NCBI GenBank assembly: GCA_000708835.1
Contig: DF237711.1
Span: 2,767 to 37,304, forward strand
Direction: 5' to 3'
Length of the DNA: 34,538 nucleotides
Origin: Klebsormidium nitens
Lineage: Eukaryota; Plantae; Klebsormidiophyceae
Part shown: one piece after another, positions 7,629 to 18,659 of the stretch
Position numbering within the stretch: position 1 is the first letter of the stretch
Layout of the letters: each line of letters starts with the position of its first letter
Notes under the pieces: model-generated
What the model was told of the DNA's origin: nothing
Databases searched by the model: none
The model's input: the letters and a program-made list of their open reading frames with translations, nothing else
Position numbers and translations under genes: made by a program

Positions 7629-10600
7629 CTGCCTGCTATTCAGCTATACCACGTAGTTTTTTAAATTGTTCTCGTGTTTAAAGCGTGCAACGTGGGTCGT
7701 TTCCGAGCGGTTTTATGAGCGGTTATATCACGTGGGTACCCGGCCGGTGTAAAACTTTCCCCGGTTTTCGGGATCGCTGCCCGTCTCGACCTCAGGGGTG
7801 CCGTACCTGAATTCCTCTACGGCACCAGCTTCCTAAATAACGTCAAAGTGCCGGAAATTTAGCCTTTAGCGCGCAAAGACCGTCCGATCTGGCAGGTGAT
7901 ATTTGCGACGAATCTCGGCCGTCTATTTTATGCCAACGATCAGTTGGTGCCCCCGGGCAAATGCGGCCCTACGTTGACAGATTGTTAGACGGGCAGCTTG
8001 TCACGGCACCCGCAGGCCGTGCTCAGCGAAGCAAACGTCACTGGTTCAACCACCACCGGGGGTATAAATAGTGCTGGTTACCAGCTTTGCCATAATCACC
8101 TTTCGCAACTTGAAAATTGCGACGGGCGCATTGGGGCGCGCAACACTTACAACAAGGCCAGCAGAAAAACAGGCCGTTTCTTTCCGTTTGAGCGGCGGTT
8201 TCGACCTGGCCTCGCTCTGTTGACTAAAGTCGAGCGATAGAAAGAAAGACCGCCGAAAACAGCGAAGTAATGCTTCTGTTTTCAGATTTATAAGCTCAAA
8301 TTTCCATAAGTTGGAAGCATGCGCCTTCGGGCCGAAATTTGAATTCCGGTGGCCGTTGGCGAGAATGACAGCCGGTTTGCCCCAAGTTATACCCCCGGTG
8401 GTGGTTTAAGGGTCCAGCAAGATGATGACAAAATGGGAATGGTCCGCGGGACGACAGCATTTGGCCACTCCCGATCCCGTATGGCCCATAGCCTATGCGG
8501 AGTTGGAGTGGCCGGGGCGGAGTTGGGTGGGAATGCAAGGTCGCGCCAACTGCCAAGCGGCGGCCCCGGCGGCCGCGCGTCCGGCTGACGAGGTTCAGCT
8601 AGAGGGTTTGGACTTTAGAGCCCTTTTGCCTCACTGTGGAGAGGTGCGGTACCCCCCTTCATTGAAATTCATCGTCGCAACATTAAGATACCGTACTTTA
8701 TGGTACGTACCTCCAGGGGTATATCCAAAGTCGGTAGTGCTCGGTATCTGTGGAAAACCACGTGGGCTTAGACTCTTCCCGTGGAAGGGGGATCGCTACT
8801 CGCCAGTCACAGCAGAATGGCCGGCCACGCAGCCAGAGCCAAGTTGCACCTTGTTTCAACAGACCTTTTCCCCATTCTGATCTATTGTAATCTCGATTAG
8901 CCTTGTGCTTTGTGCTTCGTGCTTTTGACGGTGGTGACTTTGAATATGAGCTGGCTGCGGCGGGGGCGGGCCCAGGAGGGCGCCTACTTCCGCCAGGAGA
9001 CAGAGTTTGCTGCCGCCAGACTGCGACGAGAACTGAAAGAAAAGGGATTGTTGGTCGAGAGCACGCCGAGGCGGAAGGTGGCATGGGAGGACGGGGCCTC
9101 TGAAATTCTGCCGGAAATCTTGCAGGTGTGTCCACTAAGGTGGTGGTTTATTGGATATAGCAATGCCGTGTTCCTGATCGTCGCTCAATACATGCAGTGG
9201 TGGTGTTGAGACACCTTGCTAAAGTGGTCAAGTAACCTAGCCTATCACTGGAATTTTGGTTGCATGAGAAAGTTATCTATAGCTATTGGCTGGTACATCT
9301 GCACAGATTTGGCATGAGAAATACAGCTGAGTTGTCTGAGTGCCTTCAAATCAAGTGAACAGCAAGGGCCGGGGGTCCTCATGTTGGGATTGGTGGTGGT
9401 GTGGGCAACCATAATGGATACAGTCACAATTGACCAAATTTGGTTAGAGTGCTCGTCTTCCACTTCCGGTCAACTGCCCTCTAACCAGGTTGGTCAAGGA
9501 AGAGTATGTTCTGTAACTTGACTTAGATGGCTGGACAGTTCTTTGAGCACTAAGTGCAACAGAAGGACCTCCATCTGAGAAGCGGACACCTTGAAGGCTG
9601 CGGGACACTTTACATAGTTAGCTCTGCGGCACTGATCATACTCAGGGCAGATAGAGGCATCTCAGAAAATGCCCCAGTTATATTTGTCGTCTCGATTGGA
9701 GATTAAGAGTCAACTTTTTCTCAAAAGTAGAAAGCAGCTGGTGAGGGTTGATGTCTTGCAGTGTTTTCGTACAGCGCTTGCAAACGCTTCATATGCAAAA
9801 ACCCCTGCAGGGGTTTTGTCCACTCATCATGGAAACTTAGCGTCTCTCAAAAAAAAATTAAGAAAGGGTTGTTTCTGCTTGATGACAGGATTCAAGCAAT
9901 CAGATGTGGCAATCATGCGGATTTGAAAGCAGAGCCTCCTCTGGACTGAATCAGTGTCAACGTTAACTTTGGAAGATGTGCAAATCTGGATACACTTTGC
10001 AATTCCAGAGAGGCGCTTTGATTTGCAGAACGAACTGCCCCTGAGTGGGGGTGCAAGCGGGGAAGCTCCTGAGGTTCGGAGGACCAAGGTCATCTCCCCT
10101 TCTTCCGCATCTAATCCCGTTTTTAATACGTCCAATTCGGCCCTTGACCACTTCAGCCGGAGCCTGCCCCAAACCACGCTCGGGCGAGGAAGGTGCGTGG
10201 ACCTCTAAGGCGGTGTTGGTGCTGTTGTAAGGGGGTAAAAGGCCACCTGAATCTGAGGTCTGATCCGTTTTCTGTGGACCCAGGGTCATCTTGGATTAGG
10301 ATTCTGATCGGCCTGGGATCTTGTGTGGTTTCTTAGCGGAAGCTGGGCTTTCTCGCTTACATTTTCGTCGAGTTTGTGAGCCTGGCCCTAAATTCAAGGC
10401 CTATTTCGGAGAACGTTCTCTTGTAATTCCAAAGAATTGCAGCTTGTTTCCCGTCGGTTCCTTACTTCAGAGCGGCTTCTCGTTTTTAAGCCGAACATGC
10501 CTTTTCAAGAAGGATTGAGAAGTTGACCACGGCGAAATCCGTAGGTTTCTGTGAACAAGAGAGACAGGACGCCGTTCCTACTTTCTGACCCCTCTCCCCC

Positions 10601-10725
10601 TTCTCAGGATACTCAAGATCGATCGACTTTGATTATTTCTCTTATCAATCTGATCACAGTCGCCTTGCGATTTCAGCTTCAATACACGTCACCCTGCCAG
10701 TCCGCAGGATTTTAAATACCTCCTC

Positions 10726-12749
10726 ATGGTACGCTTTGTCTGCAGATGGAATTTGGAAGCCCTAAAACCTCAGGACCAGGGAAAGGCAATCAGCGCGTAT
10801 GAACGGCGGGCGATGCGGTCCACGCCAGCGCAGCGAAAACAAGCCGAGCTTCTGGCCAAGGGCTATTTTCAGAGTAAGACACAGCATGACCTTTGCGCTC
10901 CTTTCTATGATCGGATTTTTGAAGCAAAATAGTTTTTTTGAAGCTTCTCCGTTCTGAAGCCATTCGGCGAGTCAGCATCACAGTTTATTCGGGGCTTCTT
11001 TCTTAAAGTTCTTACGACGTCTTTCTGCAGTGCATCTACTGTGTGTCTTTACACCGTTAAGTCAGAAGTGAGCAAAGCTTTGCAAGCGTCTCCGTATCCC
11101 AGCGCTTTTTGCCAGAAAGGTATAGAGGACCACCTCGCTTGCAGGGGCCTTAGTCCAGCATACGAGCAGTCCAAGGACTGACGCACTGTGTCTTCGAACA
11201 TTTTATGCAAGAATACTAATTTAAGAATGCTTCTCAGTGAATGTCGCAGGCAGGGCATCGACAATGCCTTCGTTCATTTGTCACGATACGGCAACTTCTC
11301 CTGGCATTCTCGAATTTCCGCCTTTGTAAAGGTTCTTTCGCTGTCGGCTCTTGTCAAGCATTTCCCCGCTCGTTACATGTGCAGTAGTCAAGGGTTTCGT
11401 GTTGGGTTCTGCCATAGTCTTTGGCGGAGGAGTTCTTGCGGCGGCCCTCGTGGTGAAAGCGATGGGGGCGAAGCAGGTGAGACTCAGCGCTGATCTTTTT
11501 TCTCTTCCACCCAAGTACTCTCGTAATCGGTTCTAGTTCTTCGTCCTCCGTATTCAAGAGCCGTCCGAGTCTCGTACCTTTCTCTTATATGCTTCCTATG
11601 TCCGACCGACATGTCCAGCCCAAATACATGTTAGAAAGCCGTTCGCAACAGTGCAAAAAATCTTCAAACCCGTCCGAGATGTTCCGAAGTTGGAAGGAAG
11701 GACACTCGTTCGAAGCTCGAGCGCCATAACGATTGAGTCAAAGTGCTTGCTGGTGTCCGAAGCTTGTCTTGCTGAACGTCGTTCTACCTTTTTCTCACCA
11801 GAAATGGTCTCTTGTAGTGCATGCGGAATGGAGTACTTCTGGTGCTGCTACGGCAAGCGGAGTACTGCCTCGGCCTCCGGATCCCAGAATGTTCTTTTTC
11901 AACAGTCCGGATGCCCCCCGAAGAATCGAACGAAAGTCGATCCCTAGAAGCATTTTGGAGGCTGTAGTTTCGAATGACAGTCCCTTATCGGGATGTCCAC
12001 AGTTCTTCACTCCGGTCATCTAAGCAATGCAAAGGGTGATGGCTTCGTCTCGCCGCAACGGTTGTGCGACAAGGAGAAGCAGACCTGACTCACAACGTGC
12101 ACTGTGACTGTTTGTTTCCAAGTCACTGATCTCGGCCGTGATTGAGGCTGCAGCTGAGTGACATTCCCGAGCGGGGGCGTGACTACATGCAGCCACGAAT
12201 TGACGCCTTCAAGGAGCGCTTCACTCCCTTCAAGGCGTGGGTGCGTCAATTTAAGCTTCTGCTTTTGTCTCGGTTTTGATCTCCGTTCTGAGAGTTTGCA
12301 TCTGGTCGTTTCCAGGTTTCGTTTTGCTTTCTGCTCTTTCAGGCCTTTAGAACCTTGCTTCCGCTGCCTAGGACATAGTTTTGCTAGGTTAAGATTGTCC
12401 GAGGAAAGAGGATTGTGCAGACGACCATAATTTGTGGACCTTTCAGTGAAAGCGGCCAAATTTGCATCCGGCAAAATCGAGTTAGAGGGTATGCTTAGTG
12501 CTTTCCATTTGTCTACGTCGAAGCGGATTGAAAGTATGAGAAGAGTTGTAAAACATGTAGTCTGCATGTTCTGACGGCTGGTCTTGGGCTCCGTTGCAGA
12601 TCCGAGAGAAGAGCAGCGGCTGGAAACTAGAGGAGCGACGCAAGCAAGCGTTGGGTTCACCTTTTGCAAAAGGGCTTGGGGTGCCACAGTCGGACACGGG
12701 CACTCCCCGCCTGGGGAGCTCGCCCGAGTCAGCGGAAGGCAGGGGATGA
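10726..12749 (+). CDS. Small single-pass membrane protein of a conserved plant family (~160 aa), 4 coding exons
   Basis: Exons 10726-10873 (5' end uncertain; acceptor-like site at 10707), 11385-11476, 12154-12240, 12600-12749. Junctions: A|GTAAGA...GCAG|TA, CAG|GTGAGA...GCAG|CTG, TGG|GTGCGT...TTGCAG|ATC; all phases match. Spliced product: ...AYERRAMRSTPAQRKQAELLAKGYFQIVKGFVLGSAIVFGGGVLAAALVVKAMGAKQLSDIPERGRDYMQPRIDAFKERFTPFKAWIREKSSGWKLEE... It resembles, from memory, an uncharacterised land-plant family (KGF.hGS.IVFG...RxKGRDhhQP+h-). Confidence 0.75.
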
Positions 12750-13729
12750 GATAGGGCAAGAGTCGGTGTTTTTGTACATAGTATAAAGGAGAGATTATCT
12801 AGGTTTCAAGCTTGAAACCGGGCTTGATTCGAATCATGTCATTCTGTCTCTTACAGTAGCTTCGAAGGGTTGCACTCCGATGGCTTAGCACCAAAGCATA
12901 GAACTGCGGGGCTCAATTCAATTGTACAGAGTTGCTTCGAACTGTAGCGATTTATGCTGGCATCTATTCTGCCGGGCCACAGCTGTTCAAGGCTGCCGCC
13001 GTTCTCGAATGCGTCAGTGCTCTGCAAACTTATGTGTAGAAAGACCTATCCAGCACTTCTTTGAATCGCTCACTTTTGCAACTCTTGCAGCCGCCCCGAG
13101 CACACAAATATAGGCTTTACACTAAACAAGGGCAGCGCGCCGGTATAATTCCTTACACCGATGGACCTCATGATGGTATTATTGTACGTACTTTCCGTCC
13201 TGAGCTTCCTTTGAATTGTGGCACCGCGTACGATGCGACTGTTCTCCGACATATGGGGATGTAATTGCATGGCCCCTCACCAAATGCTGCATGCTGCAGA
13301 TCTTTAGCTAGAAGCATGTTGGATGCGCACGGCTATACTTTTAAGGACGTCTTGCTGCTTCACGGAATTGGACTTCATGGTGTCGAGGCGGCAGCCTGAC
13401 GCAGTCCGACTCGTATGTAGGTAGGTAGGTATGGCAAGAGCCGGAGTCTCAACTTCTCTTATTGGAGGACCACCGTCTCTCAAGACTGACGCCAGGTACG
13501 TGCCGGACGCGCACAATGCACGTGGCACAATGACGACGGCGGTGTCCAATCAGCTAAAGGGTCCTCCGGCCCCCGGTCAACATACGGTACCCACCGTCAT
13601 CACAAAACGGGACCATCGAACATGACGGTTTTGCTGTAGTGTAGGTAGGTACGCACTGGTCCTGCTTCGACTCTGGGCAGCGGTGAGCGGTCTGCACCGC
13701 GACGGCTGCGAGAGGGCCGGGGGAAATCT

Positions 13730-13925
13730 AATGCTGACGTGGTGATCCGGGTAGACTCAGATTTCAAAAGATAGAAGAGTGCTCACGTGCGGAGTGACAG
13801 ATGTCATTTTGCAAGCCGCGGAGAGATGAAAACGCTCTCCTTGGCTCAGGAGTGTCCTGCTCTGCAGGCCAATCAGAATGCAGGAAACAGAGAATGAAGA
13901 TCAATTACCGAGCTCTGATTGGCTC
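13730..13925 (+). promoter_or_regulatory. Candidate proximal promoter of the Dof gene (ACGT/G-box and CCAAT boxes)
   Basis: TGACGTGG (~13735), CACGTG (~13784), CCAATCAG (~13869) and inverted CTGATTGG (~13915) lie upstream of the predicted ATG at 14171. Motif presence only. Confidence 0.3.
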
Positions 13926-14170
13926 AATCTGCGTGGCGCAGGTCAACCGAATCTTTCCGGAACGGTTTCTCCCAGGCGGATGTGCCCGCGCGACTCTTCA
14001 CTTCTCGCTTTTGGCAGCCCTTCCCGCGCCACAAGTTTTGGACTTTGCTTTCTGAGGTGCCGTATCACCGTATCCACTGGAGTCAACCTGCGTGCAGAAA
14101 AAGATCTCCTCCCCAAAAGCGCAGGGAAAAGGGAAGTGGACCGTCGAAAATGAGAGAGTGATTTTGCGGG

Positions 14171-17100
14171 ATGGGAGTCTTCGACGCTGAAAGTGCCGCC
14201 TTTCTGGTTGAGGGTGGAAAGCTTGTGGTCCAGCAACGCACGAGAGCTTTCCAGCCTGTTTCCTGCTTTGGCAGTCTGCAGGGCAGTTGCAAAGTACGTA
14301 CTCCGAAGAGGGAAAGTTTTGAAGCGCCAGGGCGGACAGGTAGCGACGAAAAGCGACGAAAAGGGAGGTGCTAAGGACTGCTTTAGCAGCCATCACGCAA
14401 GCCCGAAGCGTGCACATGAGGCGTAGGGTGTGCAGAAGGAGCCACGCCAAGATTGGCCGCCAAAGTGGAGCCGTTTGATGACGTCAGGTCTAGGCCGCAA
14501 CCCCCGGGAGAATGGGTCTCCTGGGAAAGAGCAGGAGCAGGGGTCCGAACATGTTTCTCATGCCGCGGCAGTGGCAACTATCAGCATGGATCCCACTGCT
14601 GCGGAGGCAACAGATGACGGGACAGGAGAGGATCAGAGGCATCAGACAGGGGCGGTTGATGGACCTAGCAGTAGTAGCGATAACAACAGGATTGTGGCAG
14701 AGCCTCAGCAGTCTGGTCAGAAGGGGAGTATTCATGCCGCTGACCGTGTGAGGGGTGGAGATGCAGGGGTTAGCACTCTAAAGGTGAGGGGGAGTCAATT
14801 TTGCTAGAGCAGTTGCATTTGAGCAGGATTTCTTTCTTCTCCGTGTCCCAGAAGAGTCTGCGCGACATACACTGTTCTGGCAATAAGCAGGATCACGCTC
14901 TGACTGCTTAGCAGAGTTGCAGTTGTTCTTGACAAGTGCCTGCAGATACCGGCACAAGTTAAGCTGGTCTCCGCAGCCTAGTCGTTTTGCATGAACCTCA
15001 AAACTTGCATTGAATGCATATCTTCTTCAAGCGGGGTTGTGCCTATCACTTCCAAAGATTAGAGGGGCTTGCTTTAAAATGTTAGCCTGTGCACCTCAGA
15101 AATGACAGGGAAGCAACAGCAAGGAGTCATGCGAAGCTGAGTGTAGCATAGGATTTTCCCAGAACACCAGATTGGGAGGATAGCCACTAGCTGAGACCCC
15201 CATCACTTACATTCAAAGACGAGAGCTTGACAGAACATACATCAAAGGGCAGCTGCTAAGGATCACTATTTGTTGAGGAGATACTGAGCAACCTGGGGTT
15301 ACGCAATATGCAGAAGCTTCTTGTCACTTACATATAGCCTGAATCAGTAGATGCAAAAAGGCACCCCCCCTGAACCCTTGTAAACGAGGAGAGACAGTAA
15401 TGAAGTAAGTTACAAGAACATGGGGGAAGTTTCCGCAGCTTAGAACATCAATGTCCAAGCAGGGAAACTGTCAAGAATCTGATCCAAGGCTCAGCTTGTG
15501 AATGTGTTGGCAGCATCTTAATTTGAGAGCTCAAGCATCAGGGATGAAACAAGTTGAGTTGTCTGTGCGAGCATACGAAGCACAGCCTCCAATGGAACAG
15601 ATGCAACGCAAGTAATGGATCCCCTAGGCCAGCAGAGCAGCCTTTGATAGACTCTCAAGAGTTGTATGAAGCGTTGACAAGCAGAGCAAGTACTGGGTTT
15701 GGAAGGATTGAGTTGTGTTCACAAGTTGGTATTGCATGATCGCATGAGAGCAGAAACCTTTGAACAAAGCATTATCAGACGTCCCATAGGCAAGCTACAG
15801 TAGGTCTCATTGGCTGAGCCCCTTATGAACGTACCCCCATATAGGCAGGCCAGAATAGGGCAGCTCTTATATCCCCCTTCCAAAAATAGGGCAGCTCCCT
15901 TATCCCCCCCCCAAACTAGAGGCATGCTCATGGGCAGACTGAACCCCCTGTGCAGGTTAGGCCAGGCTTTGGCTCTTGCCGCTGCCGCTGCCCCCCCCCT
16001 CTGACCCCCCCTTGCGCTTCTCTTGACGCCTCTGCTTGCCTGTTCCCCCAGGACCAGGAGGGGGACAACAGCCGCAACGCCTCGGGGGAGCTCGGTAGCT
16101 CGTCTGGCAGCAACAGCCTCGACGATGGCAACTGCAGCAATACTGCGGAGGGGGGGAAGGAGCAGCAGGATGGGAGCAGCAAGCAGGCTGAGAAGCAGCC
16201 CCCCCTGCAGGGTCAGAAGTTGCAGCAGGCGCCAGGGCCATCCCCCAAGTCCCTGGGGTGCGGTAGTGAGAATCGGCAGAAGGGGGGCAAAGGGGGGGGT
16301 AACACGAAGGGGGGGGAAGAGGAGGAGAAGGAAGTGCAGGGGAAAGAGGAGCAGGGGGCGGGGGATCAGGAGGAGGGGGGGCGGCCGGTGTTAAAGAAGC
16401 CAGACAAATTGGAGCCCTGCCCGCGCTGCGACAGCTATGACACCAAATTTTGCTACTACAACAATTACAACATCAAGCAGCCACGCCACTTCTGCAAGAA
16501 CTGCCAAAGGTGAGGGGAGACGCTGATTGAGTTTTCTGAGCTCCTTTTGAGTCACATTGTGCATTGGAGCTAGGTTTGTGCTCCAAGGCTTTGATTCCTG
16601 GATGATGGGATTCTGTGTGCTCTGCTTGATTTGCCAACTATCGCATAAACAGTCTGCTTCTAGTCTCTTGAAGCAGTAGGCAACTCCCTTCCTCAGTTGA
16701 TCCCCCATTCTTGGCTCCATTCTGCATTGGTTGCCAAACTTAGGACTCTGGTCACAAGAGCTGCCATCTGATCATCTGCAATCCTACTTTCGAGTAGACG
16801 AGTCCCTCTCTGTACAAATTTGTACAGACAGTTTAGAATCATCTTTTGAAACCCTGCCTGATCACATGCAGATGGCAGAACACAGGGTCCTCTACAACCC
16901 ATGTTCTTAGGTCAAGTTTTCATCTTTTGGGCACACATTTTGACCTTTGTCTCATCTGGGTATGCAACTCTCCATTTCAACCCTTATGCTTCAAACCTGA
17001 GAAAACCTCAATGAGCTTCTTTTTCACTCAAATCAGTTCCTCAACCTTTGCTTAACCCAGTTTCTCCATCCCCCCCCAGGTACTGGACTGCCGGCGGCAC

Positions 17101-18659
17101 TCTCCGCAACGTCCCGGTCGGCGCTGGCCGCCGCAAGAACAAGCACAAGTCCATCCAACGCCTCGGCCCCGGATCAGGCTCCGACTCAGAGCTCGTCATC
17201 CCGTCTTCTTCCGGTGGCGAGGACTACCTCGTGCGCAGCGGAAGCCTGCGCTCCTCCAATCCCTCCCTCAACGCCACCACCTTCAAGCCCCCCGCCTCGC
17301 AAGGCTTCCAGGGCCGCTTTGTGACGTCATCCAACCCGCCTCTCTACGATTCCGGCACCAACGACAAGAGCGGCGTCACGCACAAGCGCGACGGGACCTC
17401 CGCCGACGAGATGCAGTCCGGGGATCAGTTCCGGGGACCGCACTACGGGGGGGCGGCTGAGGCAGGGCCGGAGGCAGACCCCCGGCGCGCGAAGCGTGTC
17501 AAGCGGAACCCCCCCCCCGAGACGGGGGTGCCCGTTGGTCGGTTCGGTCGGGGCTTCAGAGAGAACTCGGAGTGCATGTCGAGCCAGGCCGACAACCGTG
17601 ACGGGGGGGCGTTTGTGGCGGACGCGATGATGTCACCCGAGAGCGCCAAGAACGCGCAGTGGCCGGCGCGTGCGGGGGAGGCGTTTGGAGGGCCGGTTAC
17701 GGGATGGAATCAGGGGGCGGCTGTGCCGGCCACTCCTACTGGGGGGGCCTGGGCGCCAGGCAACACCGCCCCTTGGGGGGGGATGTGGAACCAACCCTGG
17801 CCTTACCAGATGCCGATGGGCCAACGTGGAACGGAGGCGGGGGGGGACGACGAACGTGAGTAGGCGTAAGTCGTAGGGAGGCGTAAAGGCGACGACGAAC
17901 GGGGATACGGGATGAGNNNNNNNNNNNNNNNNNNNNNNNNNNNNNNNNNNNNNNNNNNNNNNNNNNNNNNNNNNNNNNNNNNNNNNNNNNNNNNNNNNNN
18001 NNNNNNNNNNNNNNNNNNNNNNNNNNNNNNNNNNNNNNNNNNNNNNNNNNNNNNNNNNNNNNNNNNNNNNNNNNNNNNTGTGGAACCAACCCTGGCCTTA
18101 CCAGATGCCGATGGGCAACTGGAACGGAGCGGGGGGGGCACAAGTGATGGCTACTCCGGGGGCCAACTATGGCGCTTCTCCGCAGGGGGCAAACTGGGGC
18201 ATGGTTGACAACTCCTCGTTTGGGGGGGGTGCAAACTGGGGGGCGAGTCCGGTGAACGCTGCAAATGCGGCAGCCGCGTGGGCGAACGCAAACGTGTGGG
18301 CCGGACTTGCGGCGGCGGGGAATGCGTGGGGGCCCCCCTGGGCCGCCTGGAGCGTGTTTGGGGCGGGCCCGGCAGCAGCGGCTGCGGGCATGGCGCCGAG
18401 CCCGCAACCGGCGCCGGGGGGGGGCATGGGGAAGCACCGGCAGGAGGGGGGTGGAGAGGGGGAGACCCGAGCGGACGGCGTCTGGGTGCCCAAGATTGTG
18501 AGGACAGAGCCGGTCCGGGGGAGTGCACCGTTGCAGTGGCAGCAGCAGCTGGGGGGTGGCGGGGACGCGGGGTACTTGGGTTTGATGAAGAACGGGGAGA
18601 TGGCGGACTCGCCAGGGGGGCAGGAGGACGGAGTTCCCACCCCGCTGAATCTGCTATAG
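14171..18659 (+). CDS. CDF: Dof zinc-finger transcription factor, CYCLING DOF FACTOR (CDF)-like
   Basis: Exons 14171-14293 (less certain), 14436-14783, 16052-16509 and 17080-18659 (across a collapsible gap). The Dof domain [39 protein letters not shown]|[21 protein letters not shown] is split by an intron (AG|GTGAGG...CCCAG|G). The C-terminal GKH...VWVPKIVR resembles the CDF motifs LGKH and LWVPKTLR. Confidence 0.93.
17917..18078. other. Assembly gap (N-run) with duplicated flanks
   Basis: TGTGGAACCAACCCTGGCCTTACCAGATGCCGATGGG occurs at 17784 and again at 18079. The left copy degrades into noisy sequence. Confidence 0.95.

Larger units (their letters stand above)
1..7830 (-). mobile_element. 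Putative composite KDZ transposon or virus-like island (transposase + small ORF + Prim-Pol); left end outside window, right end approximate
   Basis: Four co-oriented minus-strand ORFs, none a housekeeping gene. No TIR or TSD can be verified because the other end is missing. Confidence 0.5.

Noticed and set aside
1-7830. TET/JBP dioxygenase cargo, expected for some KDZ elements
   Set aside because: No HxD...H 2OG-Fe(II) signature was found in any ORF within the window.
7797-7840. Helitron 3' end (hairpin + CTRR)
   Set aside because: The CTAA after the hairpin is not followed by the expected T, and no Rep/Hel motifs are seen.
9590-9670. CPEYDQCRR resembling the C-terminal zinc knuckle of a LINE ORF2
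   Set aside because: Too short, flanked by stops, and no RT motifs nearby.
12016-12759. 247-aa minus-strand ORF, initially considered gag-like
   Set aside because: It overlaps exons 3-4 of the well-supported plus-strand membrane-protein gene and has no gag motifs.
13061-13264. RAGIIPYT resembling a viral Nudix hydrolase N-terminus
   Set aside because: No Nudix box (GX5EX7REUXEE) in any frame downstream.
17048-17863. Dof C-terminus ending at 17863
   Set aside because: The stop lies in the noisy duplicated flank of the gap; the better-supported frame continues to 18659.
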